Source: Methanopyrus kandleri AV19 (lineage in GTDB: Archaea; JAADCQ01; Methanopyri; Methanopyrales; Methanopyraceae). Taken from it: DNA of 32,000 nucleotides. Shown here piece by piece: positions 1-9,000 of the stretch. Location of the stretch: NCBI RefSeq assembly GCF_000007185.1, contig NC_003551.1, forward strand, positions 1,110,001 to 1,142,000, read 5' to 3'. The translations under genes were made by a program, and so were the position numbers. The first letter of the stretch is position 1; the number at the start of each line of letters is the position of its first letter. Below the pieces are notes generated by a model that had not been told where the DNA came from, ran no database searches, and was given only the letters and a program-made list of their open reading frames with translations.

Positions 1-239
1 CGCCGGATCCTGGAGAAGGTACGCTAGATACCGGGGGACTGACGTCACCCTCGGCACCGCGGACGGGTCGTCACCCTCCCCATAGGCCTTCATTCGAGCT
101 CAGGTATTTCCAGGCCTTCCGCGCCCGAGCCCGGATTCCTGATTCGTGGGAGTTCGCGGGAGTCGGATCGGAGAGCTTCCCGCGTCCGGCGGGTGCGACC
201 GACGGTGCGCGTTCGTAGTCCCTTGCCTAACGGAAGTTC

Positions 240-1110
240 TTACCCCTCCATCATCGCCCGGACCGGCGCGTTGATCCACTGCAAGGCTAGTGCCAGCGCG
301 CCCAGTGCGTGCAGTCGGATCGGGTAGGCGAAGTACAGGATCATTCGCCCGGAGCCCGTCCGGACGATCATCGTCCCGCCCGGGCCCATGAGGATCCTCC
401 CGCCGCGGGCGTGCCACGCGGGGAAATACTTCACCTTGACCAGGACCCACCGGTGACCGCTCGTGTCCACTTCGACCCGATCCCGGTGCATTCGGGTCGG
501 TACGGGATGAAGCTCCGATCCGAACCCGTTCAGTATCTGGGAGTACAGACGCCGTTCATGCAGGCTCGACCGTCGGCAGGTGATCCCACCGGCGTTCGGC
601 CCGGAGGAGGTGGAGGGAGTGCCGCCGAGAAGCGTAGAGCGACGACGCGAGCAGGGCCGGGGCGAGGATCCGACGGTCCCTATCGGCGATCGACAGAGAC
701 CGAGCCCGAACGATAGCGTCATCGGGTAGATGCCGCCCATGATCCACTCGAACTACATCCCGGAGGCCGCGAGCGCCCCCGTCCCAGGCTGAGGGTCTCG
801 CCCTAGGCCTAGACTCCTCGCGAGCGCGTACGCGCCGAGGGTGAACGAGAGTGCCGCCAGGAGGAGCCCCCGCGAAGGCGCTCGGGCCGCTCAGGACCCC
901 CGCCAGCGGGGCCCGTGAGGTGGTGGGGGAGGAGGCAGTAGAAGGTCGTGTACGGGAACCCCAGGTACCAGTACGGGCACAGGTCGATCGGGTCGCGTCC
1001 GGTGAGCGCCCTCAGCGCGTACTCCGAGGCGAGCGCGTGCGGGAGGCGCGTCCCGCGGCACTCAGGGGTTGATCAGGATCGGGGAGACGATCACGACCGC
1101 GGCGAGCGCG
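240..1110 (-). pseudogene. Remnant of a large archaeal multi-TM membrane protein (glycosyltransferase / 6-pyruvoyl-tetrahydropterin-synthase-related membrane family-like)
   Basis: On the minus strand an N-terminal-like segment ALASEYALRALTGRDPIDLCPYWYLGFPYTTFYCLLP (about 950-1060) and a TM-like RGLLLAALSFTLGAYALARSLGLG (about 820-890) are followed closely by a C-terminal-like segment VLVKVKYFPAWHARGGRILMGPGGTMIVRTGSGRMILYFAYP (240-500). Segments lie in different frames and the middle of a normally long protein is missing. Confidence 0.4.
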
Positions 1111-1464
1111 GGGACCGCCTACCACCCGTGCCGTCTCACGTCGGACACCCTTTCCCGCCGGCGACGATTGGGAGATCCCGGCCTCTTATCCGCGACGATC
1201 GCCCCGCGCCCCGATGGTGCGATCGAGACGTTACGAGTTACGTAACGATAAGACCCGTCGTCGGTGTCGACGTACATCTCTGTTGTGAACCGACCACTTA
1301 CGCTTTGAACTTGGAGATCAACCTGCACTGATCATGAAAGAAATGGATGAATAACTTAACGTAAAGATTCTTACAGTGATTACAGATTAATTGCTAGCGA
1401 GGGAAGAGACTACGGCGAGAGGACCAAATAGATGGCGATTCAGGGGGCTAAAGAAGGTCACTAG

Positions 1465-2521
1465 GTTTCATTACCCGTATTATTACGGGTTAATTGCGAG
1501 ATGCAGGCACAATGAGTTTGCGGACAAAGACGATAATGTATTGTTAAGAGTGTATACGTTTCATTACCCGTATTATCACGGGTTAATTGCGAGTATGTTA
1601 GCTGGTCGAGGAAATTGTGGCGGTGTTAAACTCCGGAGAAACACGTCGAACCCGTTTCATTACCCGTATTATTACGGGTTAATTGCGAGCTCGCGATGCG
1701 TGTGCGGACCGCACCGTGCCCGCGTGCTATGACGGATCTCCTCTTCGCGACGTTTCATTACCCGTATTATTACGGGTTAATTGCGAGACATGAGGTCCAG
1801 TTCCAGAAGCCTGAGCGGAAGCGCAAGGCGCTCGACCCGGAGTTTCATTACCCGTATTATTACGGGTTAATTGCGAGGGTCAAGGAAGTCTTCCCTTCAC
1901 TGAAGGAAAAACTAGAGGATGACGAGGTTTCATTACCCGTATTATTACGAGTTAATTGCGAGAACCTAACTTAGCATATGATGGTGGTTATAATTCAGAT
2001 ATTAACGCTAGCATATCGTTTCATTACCCGTATTATTACGGGTTAATTGCGAGCAGACTGGGTAAGGGAGGACAGAGACGGGGAGGTGGAGACATGGGTC
2101 CTTAATGTTTCATTACCCGTATTATTACGGGTTAATTGCGAGGAGGGCAATGAGGAAGGAACAGCTGAGAGCTCGGGGTATCACCGAGCTAACACCGGTT
2201 TCATTACCCGTATTATTACGGGTTAATTGCGAGTCGTAGGGGTAGTAGAAGAAGCATACGAAGGACTCATGGAATCCTGCAAAGAGTTTCATTACCCGTA
2301 TTATTACGGGTTAATTGCGAGCTAGCTGTGAAGGGAGTGTGTGTAGCGAGCCCCTGAGAAAAATAATCCGTTGGTTCGTTTCATTACCCGTATTATTACG
2401 GGTTAATTGCGAGTGCTCGCCCGCTTCTTCCGCGAGACCCTGTATCATGACCGGGAAGAACGCGCTACCGCTTAGCGAGAAGAACGTTTCATTACCCGTA
2501 TTATTACGGGTTAATTGCGAG
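1465..2521 (-). CRISPR. CRISPR array, 12 repeats of 36 bp and 11 spacers of 49-72 nt
   Basis: Repeat GTTTCATTACCCGTATTATTACGGGTTAATTGCGAG starts at 1465, 1558, 1654, 1752, 1842, 1927, 2018, 2107, 2198, 2286, 2378, 2486. Two single-base variants: repeat 2 (TATTATCACGGG) and repeat 6 (TTACGAG). Internal inverted repeat ACCCGTA/TACGGGT. The reverse complement ends in AATGAAAC, the usual crRNA 5'-handle type, so transcription is assigned to the minus strand. Confidence 0.98.
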
Positions 2522-3060
2522 GGCGGGCGGTTCTCCCGGAGGATCACCCTTTACACTCCGAAACCACCGAGGAGATTCCCCACTCCTCACTCACTAGGAA
2601 TTAGTATACCGGTCCTATTTAAAGATTACCCCGATTCCGTCGAACACTTAATCATACTAAAATCCGATACTAATTTGTTTCCCTTTAGTCAAAAGTTTAA
2701 TATACAACGTCGGTAATGCTGAAAACTATAGTTTCTTCTGATGAGTAATTAATAAATTAACTTGATGAAGTAATAATTACAAAATGCTCATAAACTACTT
2801 TAGTACCTCGTGAGAACTGTAGTTCTTTGCTAACGGTTAGAATCGTTATCTCTTCGAATTGAAATAAGGTGCAAAACTTGCACTATTAAGGTGCATATTT
2901 TGGGCTTCAGGAAAAACCATTACCAGTATTGATAAGTATGAGTAAACATAGTAATACTTCATACTCAAGCGCTTCGAAACTACCGCTTCCTACGCGGAAG
3001 AACTAGCTTTTCTACCAAGTTAATTAACTCAACGGAAAATTAGTACGACATAATATTACT
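2522..3060 (-). promoter_or_regulatory. Candidate CRISPR leader / AT-rich non-coding region
   Basis: Flanks the predicted leader end of the array. From about 2610 to 3060 it is strongly AT-rich against a GC-rich window and has no convincing ORF. Confidence 0.55.
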
Positions 3061-3296
3061 ACTTCTGGCATTCTCTCATGCTAACCCTCCACGCCGACTC
3101 GCCGAAGGTTTTTGTCATCCGATGGGGCTCCGGGACATCGACCGTGGGCGGGAACGGCGCGCTCCACGTGCTGTCCGATCCCCTAGGAGAGCGTCGTGGG
3201 ATCACCCGTCTCCGGTGGAGGGTGGGAGCACGGGATCCCCGACGGTCACCGGCACCCACGTGCGGGACGGGAACGCCGTCTCGGGAGGTGACGGGA

Positions 3297-4281
3297 ATGT
3301 CGGCAGTCCGAGTCGCAGCCGCGGTCGCGGTGATTCTCGCACTGATCGCGACGCCGTCGGAGGGGCTCGACCCGGCGACGTTCGCGGAGCTCGGCGGCGC
3401 CCTCCTCCAGGCTGGGGCTCCTGTTGCCGGAGTACCCGAAGCCCGGGACGGTCCGCGAGGCCGTGTACGTGTTGTCCGTCCCGGGGGACCGGGCCACGCT
3501 CGACCTGGTGTTCGACGTGCCCCCGTGGGCCCGGGTCTTGGACCTGTACCTCTCCGCGGGCTCCCGGGTGCTCGGCGCAGGGATGGTCCCGAGGAGTGCC
3601 TACTCCGGGCTCGACCACTACGTCCCGGCCCCGGAGCTGCCCGGGTTCGTGAGGCTGGAACTGGCGGGTGAGCGGACCGAGCGGTGGTCGTCGGATCGGT
3701 TCCCGGCGACCGACCCGTGGTTGAGGGGGCTGTTGAAGCGGCACGGCCTGCGCTGGACCGTGGTCAGGTACTTCCTGCCGCGGAACGGCCTGTTCTGGGC
3801 GAGGTGCGAGGTCCCGCTGCTCGACGGGTTCGTGGTCTGGCCCGCCCCGTTCGTCGGCGGGTACTACGTGTACGGCGGTGTGACGGAGGCCCGACTGGTC
3901 CCGGAGGGCGGTCCCGACCGGCGGCTGACGTTCGGACCCCTGCCCCCGCTCTCCGATCTGGACGCGACCCTGGTCCTGGTCCTGGACGGACCGCCCGCGG
4001 TCGTGGTCTCGTCCCGGGGCTTCCACCGGACCGTGCTGGTGTTCCGGCCCGTGGGCGCGTCGCCGGAGGCCTACCGGTACGCGGCGGACCCCCTCCGGGT
4101 CGCACTGGGCCTGCTCGGAGGGGCGGTGAGTCTACTGGTCCGGCCGACGGTCCCGAAGGCCCTGGCCGCGCTGCTCGTCCTGGTGCCGGTCGCGGGCCTA
4201 GACTACCGGTGGCCGTGGCTGACGGGCTGGGCGACCCTGGGTCCGGCGGTGCTGTTCCTCTGCCTGCTACACGTCCTCTGA
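3297..4281 (+). CDS. Predicted secreted / membrane-anchored protein of unknown function, apparent frame switch near 3400-3430
   Basis: ATG at 3297 encodes a signal-like segment MSAVRVAAAVAVILALIATPSEG in frame 0. The long downstream ORF 3424-4281 (PEYPKPGTVREAVYVLSVPGDRATLDLVFDVPPWARVLDLYL...) is in frame 1 and ends with a hydrophobic segment (WLTGWATLGPAVLFLCLLHVL). Confidence 0.55.
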
Positions 4282-4331
4282 GGGGATCCGCGTTTAAGCC
4301 CGGTGCGGTCCGTGACCCCGGGTGACGCCGC

Positions 4332-5444
4332 TTGCCCGGTCGGGTACCCAAGGACGTGTGGCTCCTAGGAGCGGTCAGCCTCCTCAACGACGTTAGCTCG
4401 GAGGGTATCTTCGCCCTGCTCCCGTACTACCTGACGGCCCTGGGTGGCGGTCCCGCGCTCGTCGGAGGGACCTGGGGAGGTATGGAGCTCGTCAAGAGCC
4501 TGCTCAACGTCGTCTCCGGTCGCGTCTTCGGCCGACCCGGGTGGGCCAAGCCGGCCGTGGCCGCAGGGTACGGGTTCTCCGCGTGCATGAAACTCCTGCT
4601 CGCGCTCGTCCGGGATCCGGTGACCGCGGGCCTGGTGGCCTCGCTCGAGCGCGTGGGTAAGGGGATCAGGACGCCGCCCAGGGACGCGATCCTGGCGGGG
4701 TTGGCGGGATCCGAGCCCGGCCTGGTCTTCGGGGTGCACCGGGCGCTGGACACTTCGGGGGCGGTTCTCGGGGCGCTCCTCGCCGGGGTCCTCCTGACGT
4801 ACGGGGTGCCCGCGGCGACCGCCGTCCTGGCCTTCGCGCTGGTCGGGTTCCTCTCGCTGGTGCCGCTGATCCCGGTGGAGGAGCGGCTCGAGGAGGGATC
4901 CTCCGAGGGGGAGGGGCGCGGTCGGTTCCCGCGGGCGCTCGCGATCGTCGGGCTCTACCGGTTGGGCGCGGTGGGCTGGATGATGTACTCTCTGAGGGTC
5001 CTCGGGGTGCAGGGTCCGGCCGCGGCCGCGTTCGCCTACGCGGGGTTCTCCACCCTGCACGCGCTGACCTCGGTGCCGGCGGGGAGACTCTCGGACCGGT
5101 TCGGGCCCGGGGTCGCGCTGTGCCTGGGGTACGCGATGACGGCGGCCACGGCGCTGCTGGCGGGTTCGGGACTCGCGGTGGCGGCGTTCATGCTGTACGG
5201 ACTGGCCTACGGGGTGGTCGACGCGGTCGAGCGGGCGGCCGTGGCCGAGCTCTCGGGGACGGCGGCCTCGTACGGCGCCTACCACGCGCTCGTCGGGGTC
5301 GGCTCGCTGGTCTGCGGGCTGGTCGTGGGGTGGCTGTGGGAGTCCGTCTCGCCGTGGGCGGCCTTCGGGTACTCGGCGTGCCTGACCGGGGTCGCGGCGG
5401 CGCTGGCGCCGGTCCTGATACTCAGGAGAGGGTCCGGCGGGTGA
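4332..5444 (+). CDS. Major facilitator superfamily (MFS) transporter
   Basis: 370 aa polytopic protein: VWLLGAVSLLNDVSSEGIFALLPYYLTALGG..., SLERVGKGIRTPPRDAILAGLAG, VPAGRLSDRFG loop. TTG start. Confidence 0.85.
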   Translation: MPGRVPKDVWLLGAVSLLNDVSSEGIFALLPYYLTALGGGPALVGGTWGGMELVKSLLNVVSGRVFGRPGWAKPAVAAGYGFSACMKLLLALVRDPVTAGLVASLERVGKGIRTPPRDAILAGLAGSEPGLVFGVHRALDTSGAVLGALLAGVLLTYGVPAATAVLAFALVGFLSLVPLIPVEERLEEGSSEGEGRGRFPRALAIVGLYRLGAVGWMMYSLRVLGVQGPAAAAFAYAGFSTLHALTSVPAGRLSDRFGPGVALCLGYAMTAATALLAGSGLAVAAFMLYGLAYGVVDAVERAAVAELSGTAASYGAYHALVGVGSLVCGLVVGWLWESVSPWAAFGYSACLTGVAAALAPVLILRRGSGG

Positions 5445-5557
5445 GCTCGATCGGGTCCGCGCCTCCCGGCGGTCTTCGGCCTCGTCCGGTTGTATGGGAG
5501 AGTGGGATCGCCCGTGATCTCCCTGTCGGGGCAGTGTCGTGATCGCGGATGGCAAGG

Positions 5558-5564
5558 TTTATAT
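5558..5564 (+). promoter_or_regulatory. Candidate archaeal TATA box for the gene at 5624
   Basis: GGTTTATATTCT about 60 nt upstream of the GTG start at 5624, inside a locally AT-rich patch. Confidence 0.5.
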
Positions 5565-5623
5565 TCTGAGATGTCGTTCTCTCCCTATCTCCATACAACT
5601 TGGGGGCACATTAGGGGGATCGT

Positions 5624-6253
5624 GTGCCGGAGTTGGTCGAGTCGCACGTCCACGTCCCGATACCTTCCGATCCCGTGGAACGGATCCGAGCCCTCCGGGT
5701 CCTACGGGAGGTCTACCGTCGTGGGAAGAAGCCGAGCCTGGAGGTGACCTACCGGACCGTGGGAGGTAGCACGTGCGGGCCGTACTACGTCGCGAGGTGG
5801 CGTAAGGATTCGAGGTTCAAACACGGGCGCACGCTTTACTTGGACAAGTCCGAAAACGAGAGCGTTTCCTTCGTCGAGTGGCTGGTTTCACTGGATCGGA
5901 GTGAGGTTTTGGAACTAGCCCGACATCTCATGAGGAACCTCCGCTCGGTGCTCAAGACACTACTCACCGAGGTCTTAAGTCTCCCATACAAGAAGGCGAG
6001 ACGTGTGCTCACCCGCGGGCTCGCACTGGCCTTCGACGCGAGACCCTCGAACTCACCGCGGATCCGGGACCTCCTCGAGGAACTACCCGACCGGCTCGAA
6101 TCCTTCGCCGTGAGAACCCTGGGAGGCTGGCCCGCCCACTACTCGAGCTACCTGAGGAAGGTGATCCGCTCCCGCAGGAGGTCCCTCGACGGGAGGCACG
6201 AGGTACCCGACGTGGAGCTCGAGCTGGAACGCTGGAAACTCCGGCACGGGTGA
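5624..6253 (+). CDS. Conserved-looking hypothetical protein with an N-terminal GPYYVARW motif
   Basis: 209 aa ORF with upstream TATA-like element and coding-like composition: VTYRTVGGSTCGPYYVARWRKDSRFKHGRTLYLDKS. Function not identified. Confidence 0.7.
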   Translation: MPELVESHVHVPIPSDPVERIRALRVLREVYRRGKKPSLEVTYRTVGGSTCGPYYVARWRKDSRFKHGRTLYLDKSENESVSFVEWLVSLDRSEVLELARHLMRNLRSVLKTLLTEVLSLPYKKARRVLTRGLALAFDARPSNSPRIRDLLEELPDRLESFAVRTLGGWPAHYSSYLRKVIRSRRRSLDGRHEVPDVELELERWKLRHG

Positions 6254-6294
6254 TCCGGACACTGACCGCATCGACCTCCCGACGGCGGCACCGG

Positions 6295-6663
6295 TCAGAA
6301 CTCCTCGTACTCGTCGAGGAGCACCCTCCAGACCTCCTCGTACTCCTCCGGGGTGGCGAGGTGGAACTCGATCGGGTGACGCTCCGGGAGGTCGAGCTCC
6401 CTCTCGAACTCGCGGATCAGGTCCACGCGGTCCTCCAGGTCCTCCGGGACTCCGTCGGACACGATCAGCACGTCCAGGTCGCTCCCCGGGAGCGCCTCGC
6501 CCTTGACCGCACTCCCGAACACGAACACGCGGGTCCCCTCGCCGAGGAGACGCCGGGCGACCCTCGCGATCCGCTCGCCCCACTCACGCCACCGCGACAC
6601 GAACTCCCGGTAGTTCCGGCGGTTGATCCGGGCCTCGAGGACGTATAAGTCGCGACCCGACAC
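6295..6663 (-). CDS. MNT-type nucleotidyltransferase domain protein (minimal nucleotidyltransferase)
   Basis: VFVFGSAVKGEALPGSDLDVLIVSD matches the GSxxxGxxxxxSDxD active-site motif of pol-beta-like nucleotidyltransferases. Confidence 0.85.
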   Translation of the reverse strand: MSGRDLYVLEARINRRNYREFVSRWREWGERIARVARRLLGEGTRVFVFGSAVKGEALPGSDLDVLIVSDGVPEDLEDRVDLIREFERELDLPERHPIEFHLATPEEYEEVWRVLLDEYEEF

Positions 6664-6683
6664 GGTGAGCCCCGGGTCTCCCG

Positions 6684-7071
6684 ATGCGCAGGCTGAGGAA
6701 GAAGCTTCTGGAGCGCGCCGAGGGGTCGCTGGAGGCCGCGCGGTGGCTCCTGGGACGCGGTAACACCGACCTGGCGTTGGTCATGGCGGAGCGGGCGGCC
6801 GGGCTCAGGATCAGGGCCGCCCAGATCCTGCTCGCGGGGGAGCACGCGCGAGGACACGACCTGAGGGACCTCCGGGGACGAGCGCATCGACGGGTTCGTG
6901 TGTGAGCACGCGAAGGCCCTCGACGTGCTGGGCGTGGCCTACACCGAGTGCCGGTACGGCGCTTGGGAGCCCTCCGAGGAGACCTTGGAGTGGGCCATCG
7001 GGACCGTCGAGGAACTCTTCGAGCTGCTCGAGCGGGTGGAGAGGGACCACGGACCGGCCTCACGACCGTGA
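6684..7071 (+). pseudogene. HEPN domain protein, frame-disrupted
   Basis: MRRLRKKLLERAEGSLEAARWLLGRGNTDLALVMAERAAGLRIRAAQILLAGEHARGHDLRDLR in frame 0, then GDERIDGFVCEHAKALDVLGVAYTECRYGAWEPSEETLEWAIGTVEELFELLERVERDHG in frame 1, ending at TGA 7069-7071. The junction is near 6870-6880. Confidence 0.65.
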
Positions 7072-7810
7072 CCCGGGTGGTCGGTACTCCTTCAGCCCCG
7101 CCCACTCCTCCCACGTGTGGAGGACGATCCTGTTCATGGTCCACCTCCGGGCGCACTCCTCGTCGAACGTGACGGCCACGGGTAGTACCGCACGGTCTCG
7201 ACGACCCGACCCCACACCGTGACGATCCGGTGATCGCGCACCCACCTCTCGTATTTGAGCGTCAGGAGGAAACCCGTCAGCATCGCGGCCGGCGCGAGCC
7301 ACCCGCAGTACGGCGGCAACGACCCGAGGACTGTCGCCGCGCCCACGCCCGTCCCGACGACCGCGGGGATCACGAACCTCGGGAGCGCGGGCTTCGGAAC
7401 CCCGGTAGTAGCGTCGCGACGTCCGAACGGTACGAGAACACCAGCAACCCGGCGAACGTGGACACGAGCTCGAACCTCACCGACGGTGGCGAATGACCGC
7501 CGAGCAGGACGCTCATCTCGTAGGTAAACGCCAGCGCGACCCATCCCATGGTGGAGACGACCAGGAGGTACCCCGACGGGGCGCAGTTGATGAGGTCCGG
7601 CCTGAAGACCAGCCGGGTGACGGGGTCGCACCGGGAGTTCTTGAACTCCTCCGGTTCCTCCCATGACCTCGGCTTCTTCTCCTCGACCCCTCGACCCCGA
7701 AGGACGTCCATGGCCCGTTTCCTCCGCCGCTCCCAGGCGATGTGGAGTATGAACAGGCCGTACGCGGTCACGCCGGTGACGACCAGCTGCGGCGCGAGGA
7801 TCGCGACCAC
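7060..7810 (-). pseudogene. Multi-TM membrane protein of unknown function with at least two apparent frame switches
   Basis: Minus-strand coding-like segments in successive frames: 7810-7440 (MVAILAPQLVVTGVTAYGLFILHIAWERRRKR...), about 7430-7210 (KPALPRFVIPAVVGTGVGAATVLGSLPPYCGWLAPAAMLTGFLLTLKYERWVRDHRIVTVWGRV), 7200-7060 (AVTFDEECARRWTMNRIVLHTWEEWAGLKEY). Confidence 0.5.
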
Positions 7811-7918
7811 GTACTACATCGGGATCAAACCGACGGTTCCCCCGAGAGTCCCCCGGTCACGGTACGATGAGTTAAACCGCGTGGAACCCGGGCGGGCGTC
7901 GACACCCCCGTGACGCGT

Positions 7919-8440
7919 TCACACCCGGAGCTCGGGCCTGGGCCTCGCCGGGTGCGACACCGCAGCCCTATCCCAGTCGTGTGCGGCCCAGTCCGAGTGC
8001 TCGTAGTACGTGCTCCCCTCGACCCAGCGCACGCTCACGAGCGACTCCCTCGCGACCTCGAAGGGGAGCCGTACCCTCCAGGGCACGTGCGTCCTGAAGG
8101 CCCTCACGCGCTCCCCGAGGAGCACGTGCGCACCCTCGGGTAATGGTCCGTCCTCGAGGAACGTCGAGTCCTCGGTCACCGGAAACCCCTCCGGGTCGGG
8201 CACGAGGAGCACGACCTCAGCGCCCGGTGGGCCCTCGACCCGGAGGACACCCTCACGCCACTCGGACCGCGCCTCACCCAACCGCCGGAAGAACCGCTCG
8301 AACGTACCCGGCAGGTCCCCGGAAGCCACTTCGACCCAGCGGTCGTCTCGGAGCCTGAAGAGGGCACCCTCGTCCAGCTCGGGGGTGCGGAGGACCGCGG
8401 TCGTGACAGGATGGAACTGGAACGTGCGCATAGCGTCCAC
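7919..8440 (-). CDS. Hypothetical soluble protein
   Basis: 173 aa ORF with coherent coding-like sequence (MDAMRTFQFHPVTTAVLRTPELDEGALFRLRDDRWVEVASGDLPGTFERFFRRLG...) and an AT-rich upstream patch near 8500-8530. Confidence 0.65.
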   Translation of the reverse strand: MDAMRTFQFHPVTTAVLRTPELDEGALFRLRDDRWVEVASGDLPGTFERFFRRLGEARSEWREGVLRVEGPPGAEVVLLVPDPEGFPVTEDSTFLEDGPLPEGAHVLLGERVRAFRTHVPWRVRLPFEVARESLVSVRWVEGSTYYEHSDWAAHDWDRAAVSHPARPRPELRV

Positions 8441-8639
8441 CCTCCCACGCCAAGAGGGCCGCCCCTACCGTGCGACCTCCCGATATCACTCCCGGTACCA
8501 ACGGGTATTAATTTAACGATAAACGAGATGAATCGGTGGGGACCGCGCCGTCCGGAGGAATCACCCCAGGAGCCCGCGGATCCCGTCCGCAAGGTCCCGA
8601 GGCAGTTAAGACCCCGTTTCATCGACCGTCGGGATGCTT

Positions 8640-8925
8640 CCGATGAAGAGTCACTCCCCTGCCGAGTGGTGACGAGTTTTCCTCTTGGCGGAGGACGTCC
8701 GAGGCCTCCGCCGGATCTCCTACTCCGAGTTGAGGATGCGGCGTTGAAACGGTACCACACGGGTCCGGACGGACCGCGGCACCTGGAGCCACTTCCACGG
8801 AGCGTACATCCCATCGAAGCCGGGTAATTCGTTTCCGAATCAACTCGCCCTCGCAGTGCTCCAAGGCGAGGAACTCAACTTTCGGCCGAGGCCCACCCTC
8901 GACACGTCTCGGCTCCGCGGACATA
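8640..8925 (-). pseudogene. Possible remnant of the SLGYCE-type membrane protein family
   Basis: Minus strand RPRPKVEFLALEHCEGELIRKRITRLRWDV resembles the LLLSLGYCEAEL(V/I)TDG core of the family at 12763-14079, 28095-28991 and 29876-31204. The rest is degraded. Confidence 0.3.
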
Positions 8926-9000
8926 GCCCGAGGATGGAGGAGACGTCCACCGCCACGCTCGTCCCGACGGTGATGGTCGGTCGACCCGGAACGTCGGATC

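Noticed and set aside
1391-1974. Track ORFs of 113 and 92 aa with repeated FHYPYYYGLIA
   Set aside because: They are read-through of CRISPR repeats (GTTTCATTACCCGTATTATTACGGGTTAATTGCGAG) and not genes.
2311-2716. Track ORFs with SLPVLLRVNCE or SQLTRNNTGNET repeats
   Set aside because: Also translations of the CRISPR repeats on either strand.
3122-3652. 176-aa ORF overlapping the start of the 3297-4281 gene
   Set aside because: Arg/Ser/Pro-rich with no hydrophobic or domain signal; likely a GC-driven open frame.
4365-5555. 396-aa minus-strand ORF
   Set aside because: Arg/Pro/Gly-rich shadow ORF antisense to the clearly coding MFS transporter; no coherent protein signal.
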